Assembly (NCBI GenBank): GCA_000002445.1
Contig: CH464491.1
Span: forward strand, 512,001-576,000
Origin: Trypanosoma brucei
Taxonomy: Eukaryota
Direction: 5' to 3'
Length of the DNA: 64,000 nt
The notes beneath the pieces are model-generated. The model ran no database searches. It was not told the DNA's origin and was given only the letters and a program-made list of their open reading frames with translations. Below are positions 41,976-52,469 of this stretch, in pieces. Every line of letters starts with the position of its first letter. Position 1 is the first letter of the stretch. Position numbers and translations under genes: made by a program.

Positions 41976-43529
41976 ATGAGCAGCGCGGTAGATTCCCTGC
42001 TTGTACGCCTCAAGATTCCGGACCTAATCCCAAAGTTTAGGGAGATGAACGTTGATCGCATCATCAGCCTGCGCAAACTAAGTGAGGAGGAGCTTCGGAC
42101 TGCCGTTCCCGATGATGACCAGCGAAACCGAATAATCGAAGCCATTAAGAACCGTGGGAGTAGTGAGAAGAGGACACAGGCCCCGGCTGCAAGCATAAAT
42201 CCACCTCGTTCTACGGATGATGGAGGTCGCGGTGGCATGTCATACCCTCGTGGAGCACCCCGCGGTGGTGGTCCAGTGCGAGGACGAGGTCGCGGCGGGA
42301 CTGGCAGCGCAGGCGAGGGTGGATTTCACGGTAGTGGCAGCAATAACGCTAACATGTTTCCTTCTCGCCAGCGAGTGTGCAACCACTTTCTTAATGGTGA
42401 CTGCAGGTACGGTGACTCCTGCCGTTATAGCCACAACAAGGCACTGTGCCAGGAGGCGGCGGAAAGTGTGCCTCGACGCAACCACGATGCGACATCGTTG
42501 TCTGAGGATTTCAGTGAAACGTGTATTATTCCTACACACCGCATAAAGTATCTACTTGCGAACAGGGCTGATCGCCTTCGGAGTATACACAGCAAGAATC
42601 GCACACACAACAAGTCATTTCAACACATTGACCCCACCATCGAAAAATTCGAGCTCGTAATTTACGGGGCCGACCAGCAATCTGTTCAGGAGAGCAAGAA
42701 AATGATTCTTGCTTGTATTGGTGTGACACGTGAGGAGGAGCAGAAGAATCGTGTGCAGTACACAATGAACGAGTTGAGCAGTAATCAACGCGCGGCTAAA
42801 TTTTTGGCAGCATGCAATATGAAGAACGAGGGGACTGTTCGTGAACTGTCGGAGGCATCACTGAGGAATATCATTTCGTTCTTCCGCTTTGAGAAGCAGC
42901 AGGATATACGTCACTTTTGGGTGAACACCAACAGCGAACACAGTAAGCTGGATATCATCGCCAACATAGTTGCCCAGCTACAGGGAGTACAAGCCATCAT
43001 GTTCTGTGACCAGAAGCGTGTTGTGGATATGAGCAAAGTGGCATCTAAAATCACTCGCTATTTCAACGGTGTCTCCCCCCTGTTTCTCCACCGTGCCATC
43101 CCGAAGGAGGAGCGCATGAAGATGCTCCAAACTTTCAAAGACGGTAAACCTAATGAAAATGGTATTCGAGAACGTCTGCTTGTTACTAATGAAGACTATG
43201 CCAAACTGGCTCGGAAAACAATTGTTCCGTATGTTAATCTTGTCATTAACTACTCAGTCCCACGCTCTGAAGAATACTACCTACTTCAATCTCTTGTGGC
43301 GGGGCGCAGTGACACGGTAGGAGTTTCCATTGTGTGTGTTTTCCCGCACGAGCAGTCCCTATTTCAAGAATTGCAGCGGAACATCCCGTTTGAAGAGCTT
43401 GAGGAGGAAGGGAATTTCAAGGATGCCGCGGTGAAGCTGGTGTACGACACTGTGGACGAACCATTAACAGGTGAGGACGCCGACCCCCCAAGCAACTGGC
43501 ATGAGCAACTGAAGCCCAAGACCCTGTGA
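41976..43529 (+). CDS. SAM-like / RGG-box / CCCH zinc-finger protein fused to a degenerate DEAD-box (eIF4A-like) helicase core lacking ATPase motifs; possibly the T. brucei ZC3H41-type protein
   Basis: CCCH finger CNHFLNGDCRYGDSCRYSH (nt ~42366-42437). RGG region GGRGGMSYPRGAPRGGGPVRGRGRGG. The C-terminal ~290 aa align collinearly with the eIF4A RecA1-tail/RecA2: IRHFWVNTNSEHSKLDIIANIVAQLQGVQAIMFCDQKR (compare [39 protein letters not shown]), LHRAIPKEERMKMLQTFKDG (compare [20 protein letters not shown]), LLVTNEDYAKLARKTIVPYVNLVINYSVPRSEEYYLLQ (compare [38 protein letters not shown]). No GKT Walker A, DEAD or SAT motif is present. Confidence 0.7.
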   Translation: MSSAVDSLLVRLKIPDLIPKFREMNVDRIISLRKLSEEELRTAVPDDDQRNRIIEAIKNRGSSEKRTQAPAASINPPRSTDDGGRGGMSYPRGAPRGGGPVRGRGRGGTGSAGEGGFHGSGSNNANMFPSRQRVCNHFLNGDCRYGDSCRYSHNKALCQEAAESVPRRNHDATSLSEDFSETCIIPTHRIKYLLANRADRLRSIHSKNRTHNKSFQHIDPTIEKFELVIYGADQQSVQESKKMILACIGVTREEEQKNRVQYTMNELSSNQRAAKFLAACNMKNEGTVRELSEASLRNIISFFRFEKQQDIRHFWVNTNSEHSKLDIIANIVAQLQGVQAIMFCDQKRVVDMSKVASKITRYFNGVSPLFLHRAIPKEERMKMLQTFKDGKPNENGIRERLLVTNEDYAKLARKTIVPYVNLVINYSVPRSEEYYLLQSLVAGRSDTVGVSIVCVFPHEQSLFQELQRNIPFEELEEEGNFKDAAVKLVYDTVDEPLTGEDADPPSNWHEQLKPKTL

Positions 43530-44187
43530 AAAGAGTGACGTCGTATGGTCTCTTCTAATCGCAGTTGCCATTTCGTTCTGTCCCAATTGTCCACACCATG
43601 CACTCACCTCCTCTAACTTTAATGCGTGGGTTTCACCCCCTTCTGGGTGACTACGCGGTTGTTGCCACTCCAAAGAGAAAAAAGAGAAGAATAAAAAAGT
43701 GTCTGCATCTTTCTTTCGTGTGTCTTCTGCTTCGGTTCGATAGCCAATCTCATTTTGACAGTCCTCCAGAACACTTGGTTCTGCCGAGTTTGTGAAGTGG
43801 TGATGATGGCTTCGGAGACGTGTGGCAAGGGGAAATGGAGGGAGACATGTGGTATCTTTTCTTCTTTTTGAGTAACCCCTCTTTCAGTTATTTTCCCTTA
43901 CGCATTGACGGTGCTCCTTCTAGCGATGGGGATGTTCTGCCGTGCCGTGTATATCGGGGCACTGTAGAGGAGGGCTGGGTGGCGATTTTGTTGAAGAACG
44001 TTTTATGATTGTGGGGAGGTGTGCTTGTTTACGCGTGTGTGCAGTGGGGGAAACGGAAAGGAAGGGAAATGCTTAGAGCCTCCACCAGGGACATTCAGCC
44101 TCTTTATTATTTACTATAACCACAGAAACAAGGGAGTTACGATAAAATCAACGCGGAGAAAAAATTTATATTGGTGTATCTGCACAC

Positions 44188-44211
44188 ATATATATATATA
44201 TATATATATAT
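44188..44211. repeat. (TA)12 microsatellite
   Basis: catatatatatatatatatatatatg read directly. It sits in the long intergenic/UTR gap 43530-46093. Confidence 0.8.
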
Positions 44212-46093
44212 GCACCCTGAAAAGAATGAAAGAAAATTAATTAAATAGCAAGAAGGAAGGAATGAAGGTCATCACTGTCGTATAATTGTTTATACGTGGG
44301 TGCGAGGGGCGCTTCAGGGGAAGGAAGGGAAGAAAAATACACGAACATGTGAGACGGTAGTTGACGCAATAAGGCAAGAAGGTGAAGCACATTGGAAACT
44401 ACAGCGAGAGGTCATGCGGCTGGTGCTCGTATATACGGGACGGGGAAGGGAAAGAAGTGCGTATGTTTCCTTAGGTGTCGTGCCATGGAAACTTGTGGAG
44501 CAGAAGGAAAGAAGTATAAGGGAGGGGGGAGGAACTGTTATCAAGCGTAACGAAAGGATTATCGGAGGTAACTGAAGGTATGAGGTAGATTGAAGCCCAC
44601 AAACGAGCTTACTGAGCAGAGAGGAATCAAGTGGAGTAGGAAAGGAAGACGGACATGTATTATTCAGATAAATCCGAGGGGCTCGGTGTGGGATGCGTTG
44701 TGCTGGGACGAGCAAGAGATTTAGGTGGCTCGAACTTAGTGTTGACAAGCGAAGGCAGCACGTAATCTCGTGCGTGTGTGTGTTATGCGGTACAGGGGGG
44801 AAGGCATGTATAGGAAAACTCTCTAGTCCACTTGAAGAGGAGACGGTTAACAGAGTACGAGGGTGTTCCGCAGATGGTGGTGGCAGCAATACCCGAAAAA
44901 ACTTTACACGTATGAATCTGCCGCGGCTGGTGTCTTTGGGGAATTGAACACACGTCTCCTTCGTGTTCTCTGCCACTCATTCATCTATGCAGGCACGGGT
45001 AATCGGGGGGAAGGTGTGCTTCGCTCTGCAAGCCGTGATTTTTTCTTCCACTTCTTGCTAATTACTTCTTTCATTGCTGTTTTCGTTGTTTTAAGCCCGA
45101 CATTTCCTCCCTCCTGGATCCGAAGAGAAAAAAAAATTCCCCAGTAAATGCGGGTCCGAGCAGCGGAGCTTCCTGCCTTCCCTGTGAGTAAATGGCGAGG
45201 TGGTCGTACACGCGGAGATGGAACTAGAAAGTGGGTGTGACGAGAAAGGGAATGTTATAGCGGGATGCTGTGAGTTTTACATGCGCAAGGAAATGAGCTG
45301 AATGACGACCTTGCGAATCAGCAAACAGAAACGGAAGGCAGCGAGTGAGGATTGAAGTGAACTCCTGTTTGGCTGTTGTTTGCGTGTGGTTAATGTACGA
45401 GGGCCCCTTCCTTTTTTTTTAAACATCTGTTGAGGGTTCCGCTGCTGTTGCCGATTGCTTTTCCTTTCTTTGCCTCCAGCTCACCACTTCCGAGGCAGTT
45501 CTTTTGGTGTCAGACCCTTCCCGCTCAGTGGCCCCATCTCCGTAGCTCACTGCAGTACTCGTTTGCACGCGTTGCTGCGGTTGATCTCATATATATATAT
45601 ATACTTTTTAAAACCTTTTTTGTATTCCCTACTATTTCTTTCGCCTTCTGGGCCCCACAAGGAGTACATGCGCCGCCGGGGTAACGAGCTCAAGTAACCA
45701 AAAGCAACACACCAGGGAACGAAGGTGTATGCGGGAGGGGACGCCTTGTCGGTGTGACCCTCCCCACAGTTCCCCTTTCTTTTGTGATGTCTTTCCACTT
45801 GCCTTTGGTGCTCTTGATGGGAGATTGGAAAGTACCTAAAGTCGCTCTTCTCTCTTTTGTGAATGATCTGTCTTTACTTTTCTCACATACGTATTTTTTT
45901 TTACGTGGCCTTTTGGCATTTATTGTGTGAGCGGGTGCCAAGTGAAGAGCAATCTTTCTCGGAACCAATCACCGTCATTGTCATCGAAGCCTGCTGAGCG
46001 TGTAAACAATATCTAAAGGAAGAGGGATATCAGACTACTAAGGTTAACTTTTTGTACAAGTGAGGACCGCCCTGCGGCAGTAAGGTAGTTGCC

Positions 46094-48172
46094 ATGGCGA
46101 AATATATCGCAGGGCCAAATGTCGAGCTATCGCTAAAGGAAATTGTGCACAGGGCCATTAAGAGGGCCTTTCCGTCTATAAACCCACCCGAGATTCTTAT
46201 TACTCTGGGCAAGACGACAGAATATCAATGCAACAACGCTATGGGTCTTGTCAAGCTTCTCTCTTCCGCTTCGCCGCCGATAAAGACAAGCCCGGCACTG
46301 GTTGGAGAGGAGCTCAAGAAGAATCTTGAAGAAAATGACATGATTGAATCCTTTGAGCCCACACCACAGGGTTTCATCAACATCACCATCAAACCAATGT
46401 GGGTTGCCGGTACCGTGGGGAAGGTGCTCCGGGAGGGAATTCGTCCACCGAACCTCCCCAAACAAAAGGTGCTTGTGGACTTTTCTTCGCCGAATATTGC
46501 CAAGGAGATGCACGTTGGCCACCTCCGTTCCACAATAATCGGTGAGGCCATTTGTCGCCTGTTTGAATTTTGCCAGTATGAGGTTCATCGCATCAACCAT
46601 ATTGGTGATTGGGGAACTGCGTTCGGGATGTTGATCTTATTCTTGAGGCGTAAGCACCCCAATTTCACTGAGGAGGTGCCAAACATTTCAGATCTAACTA
46701 CGTTTTACCGTGAGGCCAAGAAGTGCTTCGATGAGGACGCCGAATTCAAAGAACAGGCACGACTGCAAGTCGTGAAGCTGCAAGCCCTGGAAGAGGAATC
46801 CATGAAGGCATGGAAAATTATCTGCGATATTTCTCGAAAGGAGTTTCTTCAGATTTATGAGCGTCTTAACGTTACCATAGAAGAGCGGGGTGAGAGCTTC
46901 TACAACCCACTCATTCCTGAAGTGTTGAAACTGTTGGATGAGGCCGGCAAACTCGTGGAGAGCAATGGTGCGAAAATTACCGTTCTCTCTGACAAAAAGT
47001 CGATATCTGCACTGGACGCAAAGGACATGGCGAAGTTGGCCGCTCCGCACTTGTTGTGGGCCGGTAAGGACACTCGTGTCGAGTTCCACCCCAATATGAT
47101 TACAGCCATGCGTGAAGTCGGGGTTCTAAAGGGTGAAGAGGGTAATGAAACCGTTGCTTTATCTAAGAAAGATGCAAAACCCCTGAAAAACTTCGACATT
47201 CGTACAGACGTGGACAAACTAGTATCGCTTTTACAGCCACTCTTCAAGAATAAAATGTCTCCTCTTTTCCGCGAGGTTTTTGAGGCTGCGGGTATCGTTG
47301 ATGGGGAGAACATTACCATCCCCCGCTTCAGCTTCCCACTCATGATTGTGAAAAGCGACGGCGGTTACACGTATGACACAACCGATGTTGCGACTATGTA
47401 TCATCGATTTGTCTTGGAGAAGATGGACCGTGTGGTTTACTGCACGGATGTTGGGCAGTACGAGCATCTGCGCATGTGTGCCGATTTGGCGAAGGATATG
47501 GGGTGGATGGACAGAGGCACCTGGAGCCATGCTGGCTTTGGGTTGGTAACAGGAGCGGACGGAAAGAAGATCAAAACTCGCAGTGGAGAATCCGCGAAAC
47601 TAAAGGACTTGCTCGATGAGGCCGTCGAGCGGTCACGCGCTATTCTTGAAGAACGCGAGAAGGGTGACCGTGCTCAAGGCCACACAAAGGAGGACATTGA
47701 TGAACTATCGAAAAAAATCGGAATCGGTGCAGTGAAGTACTTCGACCTGAAACAGAGTCGGCTCAACGACTACGCTTTCAGCTACGAAAAGATGCTGGAC
47801 TTATCGGGCAACACGGCTGTCTTCCTTTTGTATCAGTATGCGCGTCTTTGCTCAATTGAGCGTAAGTGTGGCGTTGATAGGGAACAATTCCTGAGTTCTG
47901 AGGTTGTTATTGAAACTCCGCAAGAGAAGAAACTGGCCCTCTGTGTACTGCGCATGGATTCTGTCGTGATCAGGACAGTTGACGACCTTCTTCTGCACCA
48001 TCTAACTGATTTCGCCTACGAGCTGGTGTCGTGCTTCTCTGACTTCTTCCAGAATTGTAAGGTGATTGGGCATGAGCAGCAGAATAGCCGGCTTTGCCTT
48101 GTGGAGCTTACCCGCTTGACGCTGAAGCAAGTGCTTGATATCCTTAACATAGACGTCGCCGAGAAGATTTGA
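46094..48172 (+). CDS. arginyl-tRNA synthetase (class I)
   Basis: 692 aa. HIGH-type motif FSSPNIAKEMHVGHLRSTIIGEA, and an overall ArgRS layout: N-terminal additional domain, catalytic core, and a C-terminal DALR-like anticodon-binding region containing LLYQYARLCSI. ATG at 46094. Confidence 0.8.
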   Translation: MAKYIAGPNVELSLKEIVHRAIKRAFPSINPPEILITLGKTTEYQCNNAMGLVKLLSSASPPIKTSPALVGEELKKNLEENDMIESFEPTPQGFINITIKPMWVAGTVGKVLREGIRPPNLPKQKVLVDFSSPNIAKEMHVGHLRSTIIGEAICRLFEFCQYEVHRINHIGDWGTAFGMLILFLRRKHPNFTEEVPNISDLTTFYREAKKCFDEDAEFKEQARLQVVKLQALEEESMKAWKIICDISRKEFLQIYERLNVTIEERGESFYNPLIPEVLKLLDEAGKLVESNGAKITVLSDKKSISALDAKDMAKLAAPHLLWAGKDTRVEFHPNMITAMREVGVLKGEEGNETVALSKKDAKPLKNFDIRTDVDKLVSLLQPLFKNKMSPLFREVFEAAGIVDGENITIPRFSFPLMIVKSDGGYTYDTTDVATMYHRFVLEKMDRVVYCTDVGQYEHLRMCADLAKDMGWMDRGTWSHAGFGLVTGADGKKIKTRSGESAKLKDLLDEAVERSRAILEEREKGDRAQGHTKEDIDELSKKIGIGAVKYFDLKQSRLNDYAFSYEKMLDLSGNTAVFLLYQYARLCSIERKCGVDREQFLSSEVVIETPQEKKLALCVLRMDSVVIRTVDDLLLHHLTDFAYELVSCFSDFFQNCKVIGHEQQNSRLCLVELTRLTLKQVLDILNIDVAEKI

Positions 48173-48813
48173 GAGAGCCGTTTGGGAAACGTTGCAACTA
48201 CCGCAATATCGTCGGACCAGAAACTGAATGCATAACCGCGCTCACAAGCATAATCTCTTGTAACAAGCGCGTTGGGTGCGATGATGCGTACGGACGGGAG
48301 TGTGGCAGCGATGTTGTTGAGATGGAGTAAGGCAACGTGGCGCTTTCCACTCGTTGGGTGCTTTCCCATGCGGTTGAAGCTTGATCTGACTCTCAGGGGG
48401 TTTGGCTGAAGAGCATGCAGATTCGGGTGAAAGCAAATGTTCGAGTGGGAGTGTGTAATAAAATAATGCTACAGAACCTAAGCTTCAGTAGATCTTTGAT
48501 AAGTATTTTCCTCCCCTTCCCGTAGCTGATCCGCAGTGCCTTGAGGGCGCAAGCAAGAGGTGTGTGACGTGTGAATAGTCTAGTTTCTCCCAAGGAAAGG
48601 TTGGGTGGGGGGGGGAGTTAATGATTTTCCACGATTTAATCTTCCAGAAGCTGCTGATGATACGGAGGCTCGTGAGTTGTGAGCGATCTTAGTGTCATAA
48701 CATGGATTGCGTGTATATCTGTGCGTTGAAGAGATCTGTATCATTTTATTGGACATTAGGTCTTTTTTACTCTTGTCTACACGGTCTTATTTTTATTTTG
48801 AAGTGTTTCACAC

Positions 48814-50466
48814 ATGGCGCAGAGCTGGTTCAAGCGACATCCTCTTGGTATCTATCCGCGTGGTAATGCGAAGAATTTAGATGAGTTGGTCTCCCCGAGG
48901 TTCGGTATTCTCTCAACCCTCCAGTTTGCCAGCAAGGGTCGTGCTGGTAAATGTTGTATTCTTGGATCACAACCAGCAGAAGAGGCGTTTGTTGACGTGA
49001 TGCTCCACCTTCTTTCATTCGTCGCTGTGGATGATATGTGCAGGTTATCGGCTGTATGCACGGGGTGGTATTGCTTTATTCATGCATCAGATGCGTTCAA
49101 ACAGGCCCATGGGTTGCTTTCACCTACGTATACGTGCTTCGAAGGCAGCTGGAAGGAAACAGCCATTCGTCGCTTTATCAAATTACGCTCCAAGCAAAGG
49201 TTAAATACGGCAAAGCGGATGCGTCTGGAGGGTGGTACACCTGGGGTTGGGGAAACTGTGAACTTGTCCCATCGTCCGGTGATGGTGAAGCGCGCCTTTT
49301 ACAATGATCAGTTGTTTCAGGCATGGATGTGCACCATTCTTCCCTGCCACTACCATCTCCGACAATCAAGTATTGCCGGCACCGCAACTGCAAATCGGCA
49401 GCCAAGTGTATTGTCGGCTCGGGGTCGATATCGTAGTCCACTCAAGGAAGTTCCGCGGTGCAGCGGCTTGTCAGTAGACGAGTTCCGCACTCGATTCGAG
49501 GAGACTAATTTACCGGTTATTATAGCAGACGTGGCCACTGAATGGCCTATTTACAAAATATTGCAGGAGAAGTTTGAAAACCTTGCTGTAATGCAGAAAA
49601 AGCTCTTTCGCCCCGGCACGCGTCCTGACGTCCCAATGTGCTGCGAACACACAACCATGAGTGTCGCTGATTATGTTCGGTACGCTCGGGACCAGACCGA
49701 CGAGCGTCCTATCTACCTCTTTGACTCAGAGTTTGGTACTTTTATGGATGTAGAGTCGCTGTACACTGTTCCCGAGTATTTTAGCCGTGATGATTTTTTC
49801 AAGGTTCTTGGTGGTGCGCGGCCCAAGTACCGTTGGATAATTGCCGGACCACGCCGTGGTGGAAGCAGTTTTCATGTGGATCCCAACTATACCAGCGCTT
49901 GGAATGCTAACTTGACAGGGCTAAAGCGGTGGATTCTGCTTCCACCTGGTCACACCCCCGCAGGGGTGTTCCCCAGTGAAGACATGTCGGAGGTTGTAAC
50001 CCCCGTTTCTTTGACGGAGTGGTTGCTGAATCATTACGATGCCACAGTGGAGAAGTGGCGTGACGTTGCGTACGAGTGCGTATGTGGACCAGGGGATATT
50101 ATGTTCATTCCTTGTGGATGGTGGCACTTTGTTATTAACCTGGAGGACTCGGTTGCAATAACACAAAATTATGTGTCAAAGTGCAACCTCTCGAGTGTAC
50201 TGAAGTTTCTCTCTGTCATGAAGTCTTCTATCAGCGGGATTGATGAGGATGTGGACAATTGCGACACGAGCCGAATGGTAGAGACGCGCCGCGCTAACTT
50301 CGCTGAAGAATTTGCCGCGGCGATGCACTTGTCGTACCCCGAGTTGATGCAGACTGTTGCTGGCGAGGCTAAACGTGAGGCAGAGGAACGACATGAGAAA
50401 AAGAAGATGCGAGCTGCTCTTCCGTTGTTGGATGTTGGTAGCAACGGCTTTGCGTTCAGCTTCTGA
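48814..50466 (+). CDS. JmjC-domain protein, JMJD6-like, with N-terminal F-box-like region
   Basis: GGSSFHVDPNYTSAWNANLTGLKRWILLPPGH...DIMFIPCGWWHFVINLEDSVAITQNY closely parallels JMJD6 ([27 protein letters not shown]...[24 protein letters not shown]). N-terminal LLSFVAVDDMCRLSAVCTGWYCF is F-box-like. Confidence 0.75.
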   Translation: MAQSWFKRHPLGIYPRGNAKNLDELVSPRFGILSTLQFASKGRAGKCCILGSQPAEEAFVDVMLHLLSFVAVDDMCRLSAVCTGWYCFIHASDAFKQAHGLLSPTYTCFEGSWKETAIRRFIKLRSKQRLNTAKRMRLEGGTPGVGETVNLSHRPVMVKRAFYNDQLFQAWMCTILPCHYHLRQSSIAGTATANRQPSVLSARGRYRSPLKEVPRCSGLSVDEFRTRFEETNLPVIIADVATEWPIYKILQEKFENLAVMQKKLFRPGTRPDVPMCCEHTTMSVADYVRYARDQTDERPIYLFDSEFGTFMDVESLYTVPEYFSRDDFFKVLGGARPKYRWIIAGPRRGGSSFHVDPNYTSAWNANLTGLKRWILLPPGHTPAGVFPSEDMSEVVTPVSLTEWLLNHYDATVEKWRDVAYECVCGPGDIMFIPCGWWHFVINLEDSVAITQNYVSKCNLSSVLKFLSVMKSSISGIDEDVDNCDTSRMVETRRANFAEEFAAAMHLSYPELMQTVAGEAKREAEERHEKKKMRAALPLLDVGSNGFAFSF

Positions 50467-50719
50467 TCAGTCTTACTTCACGTTTTTTTAATCTATGTTA
50501 AACAGTTAAGAGTACTAAGGTCATGATGTGTGAGGGAGGTTGGTGGGTATATACGTACCGTGGGTAGGGTGTGTTACCTCTGAACTTGTGTACGGTGTGT
50601 GAAAGCACCTTGATTTTTTTTTCTACTTTGAGTTTCGCCCCCTTTTTTTATTATGCGTGCATATTTATCGTTTATCACACGGATCTGGGGGTTGCCATAG
50701 GCGTGAATTTCCCTTGTAC

Positions 50720-52027
50720 ATGGGTCTTTTAACGAGGTATTATGAGAAACTGGCCGAGCAAGGTCGTTTGGAGCAACTGATCGTTTTTGGGATGTACGAC
50801 GAACGGGTGTATGAGGTTATCGACCGTCATAAACTGGCGGGGAGTATTACTGCGTTGCTTCCATCGTCTCAAGCAGCCGCGTTTCTCTCTCGAGGGATGG
50901 CATACGACTGTGTCAATGAAGAGGTGCTGAGAAATTTCATTAAGATATGCATGATGTTGTCCACCTACAAGACTGTCGAAGAGGGGGCGAGTCTTGCGGA
51001 GCTTATAGGGAGTTGTGGTGTGCCTGAACACTATCGAATGAGTTTGTTTAACTTTAGTGAGACGTACAGACACATGATATTATCCAAGTCGTACTTTCCT
51101 CAACGGGCCGTGTTGAAGCTTCTGTCGTACATTTTTTGTGATGATGTACTTACTGACGCGGTGGCGCAGTTGCAGTACAAATCAGATATATTGAACCACG
51201 TGAATAAAGTTTATGTCGATACCCCAGATTTCATCTCGTGGCGCTTCTCTGTGCGGGTTTTATCGTTGGCAGGGGGCTACAACGAGGACCGTAGTGATGT
51301 GGAATACACTGACGCATTGACCCGTTTGGTCACTCGTACTATCCCCGAGTTCATTGTCTACTTCGGTGCAACATTTATGTACGCTATGATACGCCACTAC
51401 CCCCGGCGTGTGCGTGGAATCACACCGCGATGGCTTGCCAGGCAGCGCGCCGTCTTTTCGGCCGCGTACTGCGCCTTTCTTGGGGTGTTTGTCAACTCCA
51501 TCTTAGAGTATCGTGTTCACAAACATCGTATGCTGTATGAGCTACGCAAAAGCCAAGAATGCCGTCGCCGCCGTGGCGCTGAGAAACGCGGCGTCGATTA
51601 CACTCCCAATACGTATTTTGACAGTCTTGAGGGTGTCACTCGCCACATTTACTCCATGCAGTTGACAACGTATGGTGCGTCCGCGTCGATGTTACTCCTT
51701 TCACTCGTTCCACTAGTGCCTGTGAAGTTCCCCAAGTGGATGGGTGACGTGGCATGGCGTCACCCATTTGTTCCACGACTGTTTCCGGCCATCCTTGGGA
51801 TGCACGCTGCATCGCGTTGCATGGTTCCGTTCGTGTTTGCCCCTTTCACTATTATGACAGCTCTGCGTTTCAATGGGTGGTCCACCACATTGTATGACCG
51901 TTACGTGGAGTTGCGAATGCGGCTCTGGCACAGGAAGGTGGAAGCTGTTTTTGACACATCAACAGATGTTACCGATCTTGACGTTACAAGGGAGTCGAAA
52001 AAGAAGGGAGGGCTGGCCGGAAACTGA
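50720..52027 (+). CDS. hypothetical protein (hydrophobic segments in C-terminal half)
   Basis: The track ORF starts at GTG 50657; the first ATG is at 50720 (MGLLTRYYEKL). No recognisable domain. Confidence 0.4.
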   Translation: MGLLTRYYEKLAEQGRLEQLIVFGMYDERVYEVIDRHKLAGSITALLPSSQAAAFLSRGMAYDCVNEEVLRNFIKICMMLSTYKTVEEGASLAELIGSCGVPEHYRMSLFNFSETYRHMILSKSYFPQRAVLKLLSYIFCDDVLTDAVAQLQYKSDILNHVNKVYVDTPDFISWRFSVRVLSLAGGYNEDRSDVEYTDALTRLVTRTIPEFIVYFGATFMYAMIRHYPRRVRGITPRWLARQRAVFSAAYCAFLGVFVNSILEYRVHKHRMLYELRKSQECRRRRGAEKRGVDYTPNTYFDSLEGVTRHIYSMQLTTYGASASMLLLSLVPLVPVKFPKWMGDVAWRHPFVPRLFPAILGMHAASRCMVPFVFAPFTIMTALRFNGWSTTLYDRYVELRMRLWHRKVEAVFDTSTDVTDLDVTRESKKKGGLAGN

Positions 52028-52469
52028 TCCTGCTTGCCTTAAGGCGCAAACCCCCTGGTCGTTGTGTGCGTGCGCGTCTTTGTGTGAGTTGTAGGGATGT
52101 ATGAGACGAAAAGTAAAAAAGAATAAGAGGGGCTGAGGTGGGTGTGACAGTTTGTGTGTGTGTTACTATATTTACATGTGGTTTAATTCTATCGGAATTT
52201 TGCGTGCCGCCGGGGCATATCTGTTCTTTGAAGGACTTTCGGCATTTGTTGCGTGCAACGGTACCGCTGTTCACGTGGGGATTTTCTTTCTACTGCACCT
52301 CGTTGTGGAGAAGTGAAAGCGAGCACTGTGTGTGTGTGTGTGCATTAACCTTCACTCTTACTCGCTATTTTACATTATTTGTGCTCATTTGAATACATTT
52401 TTTTTTTTCGCTTCAACCGAGCGACAAGCATCACTCACTCCGCGAGGAAAGTTTTGCAGCGCGTGGATA

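Noticed and set aside
44314-44976. 220-aa minus-strand ORF inside the plus-strand PTU
   Set aside because: It is the S/P/L/T-rich translation of a CT-rich strand (the complement of the purine-rich tract), lies on the wrong strand for the PTU, and has no domain.
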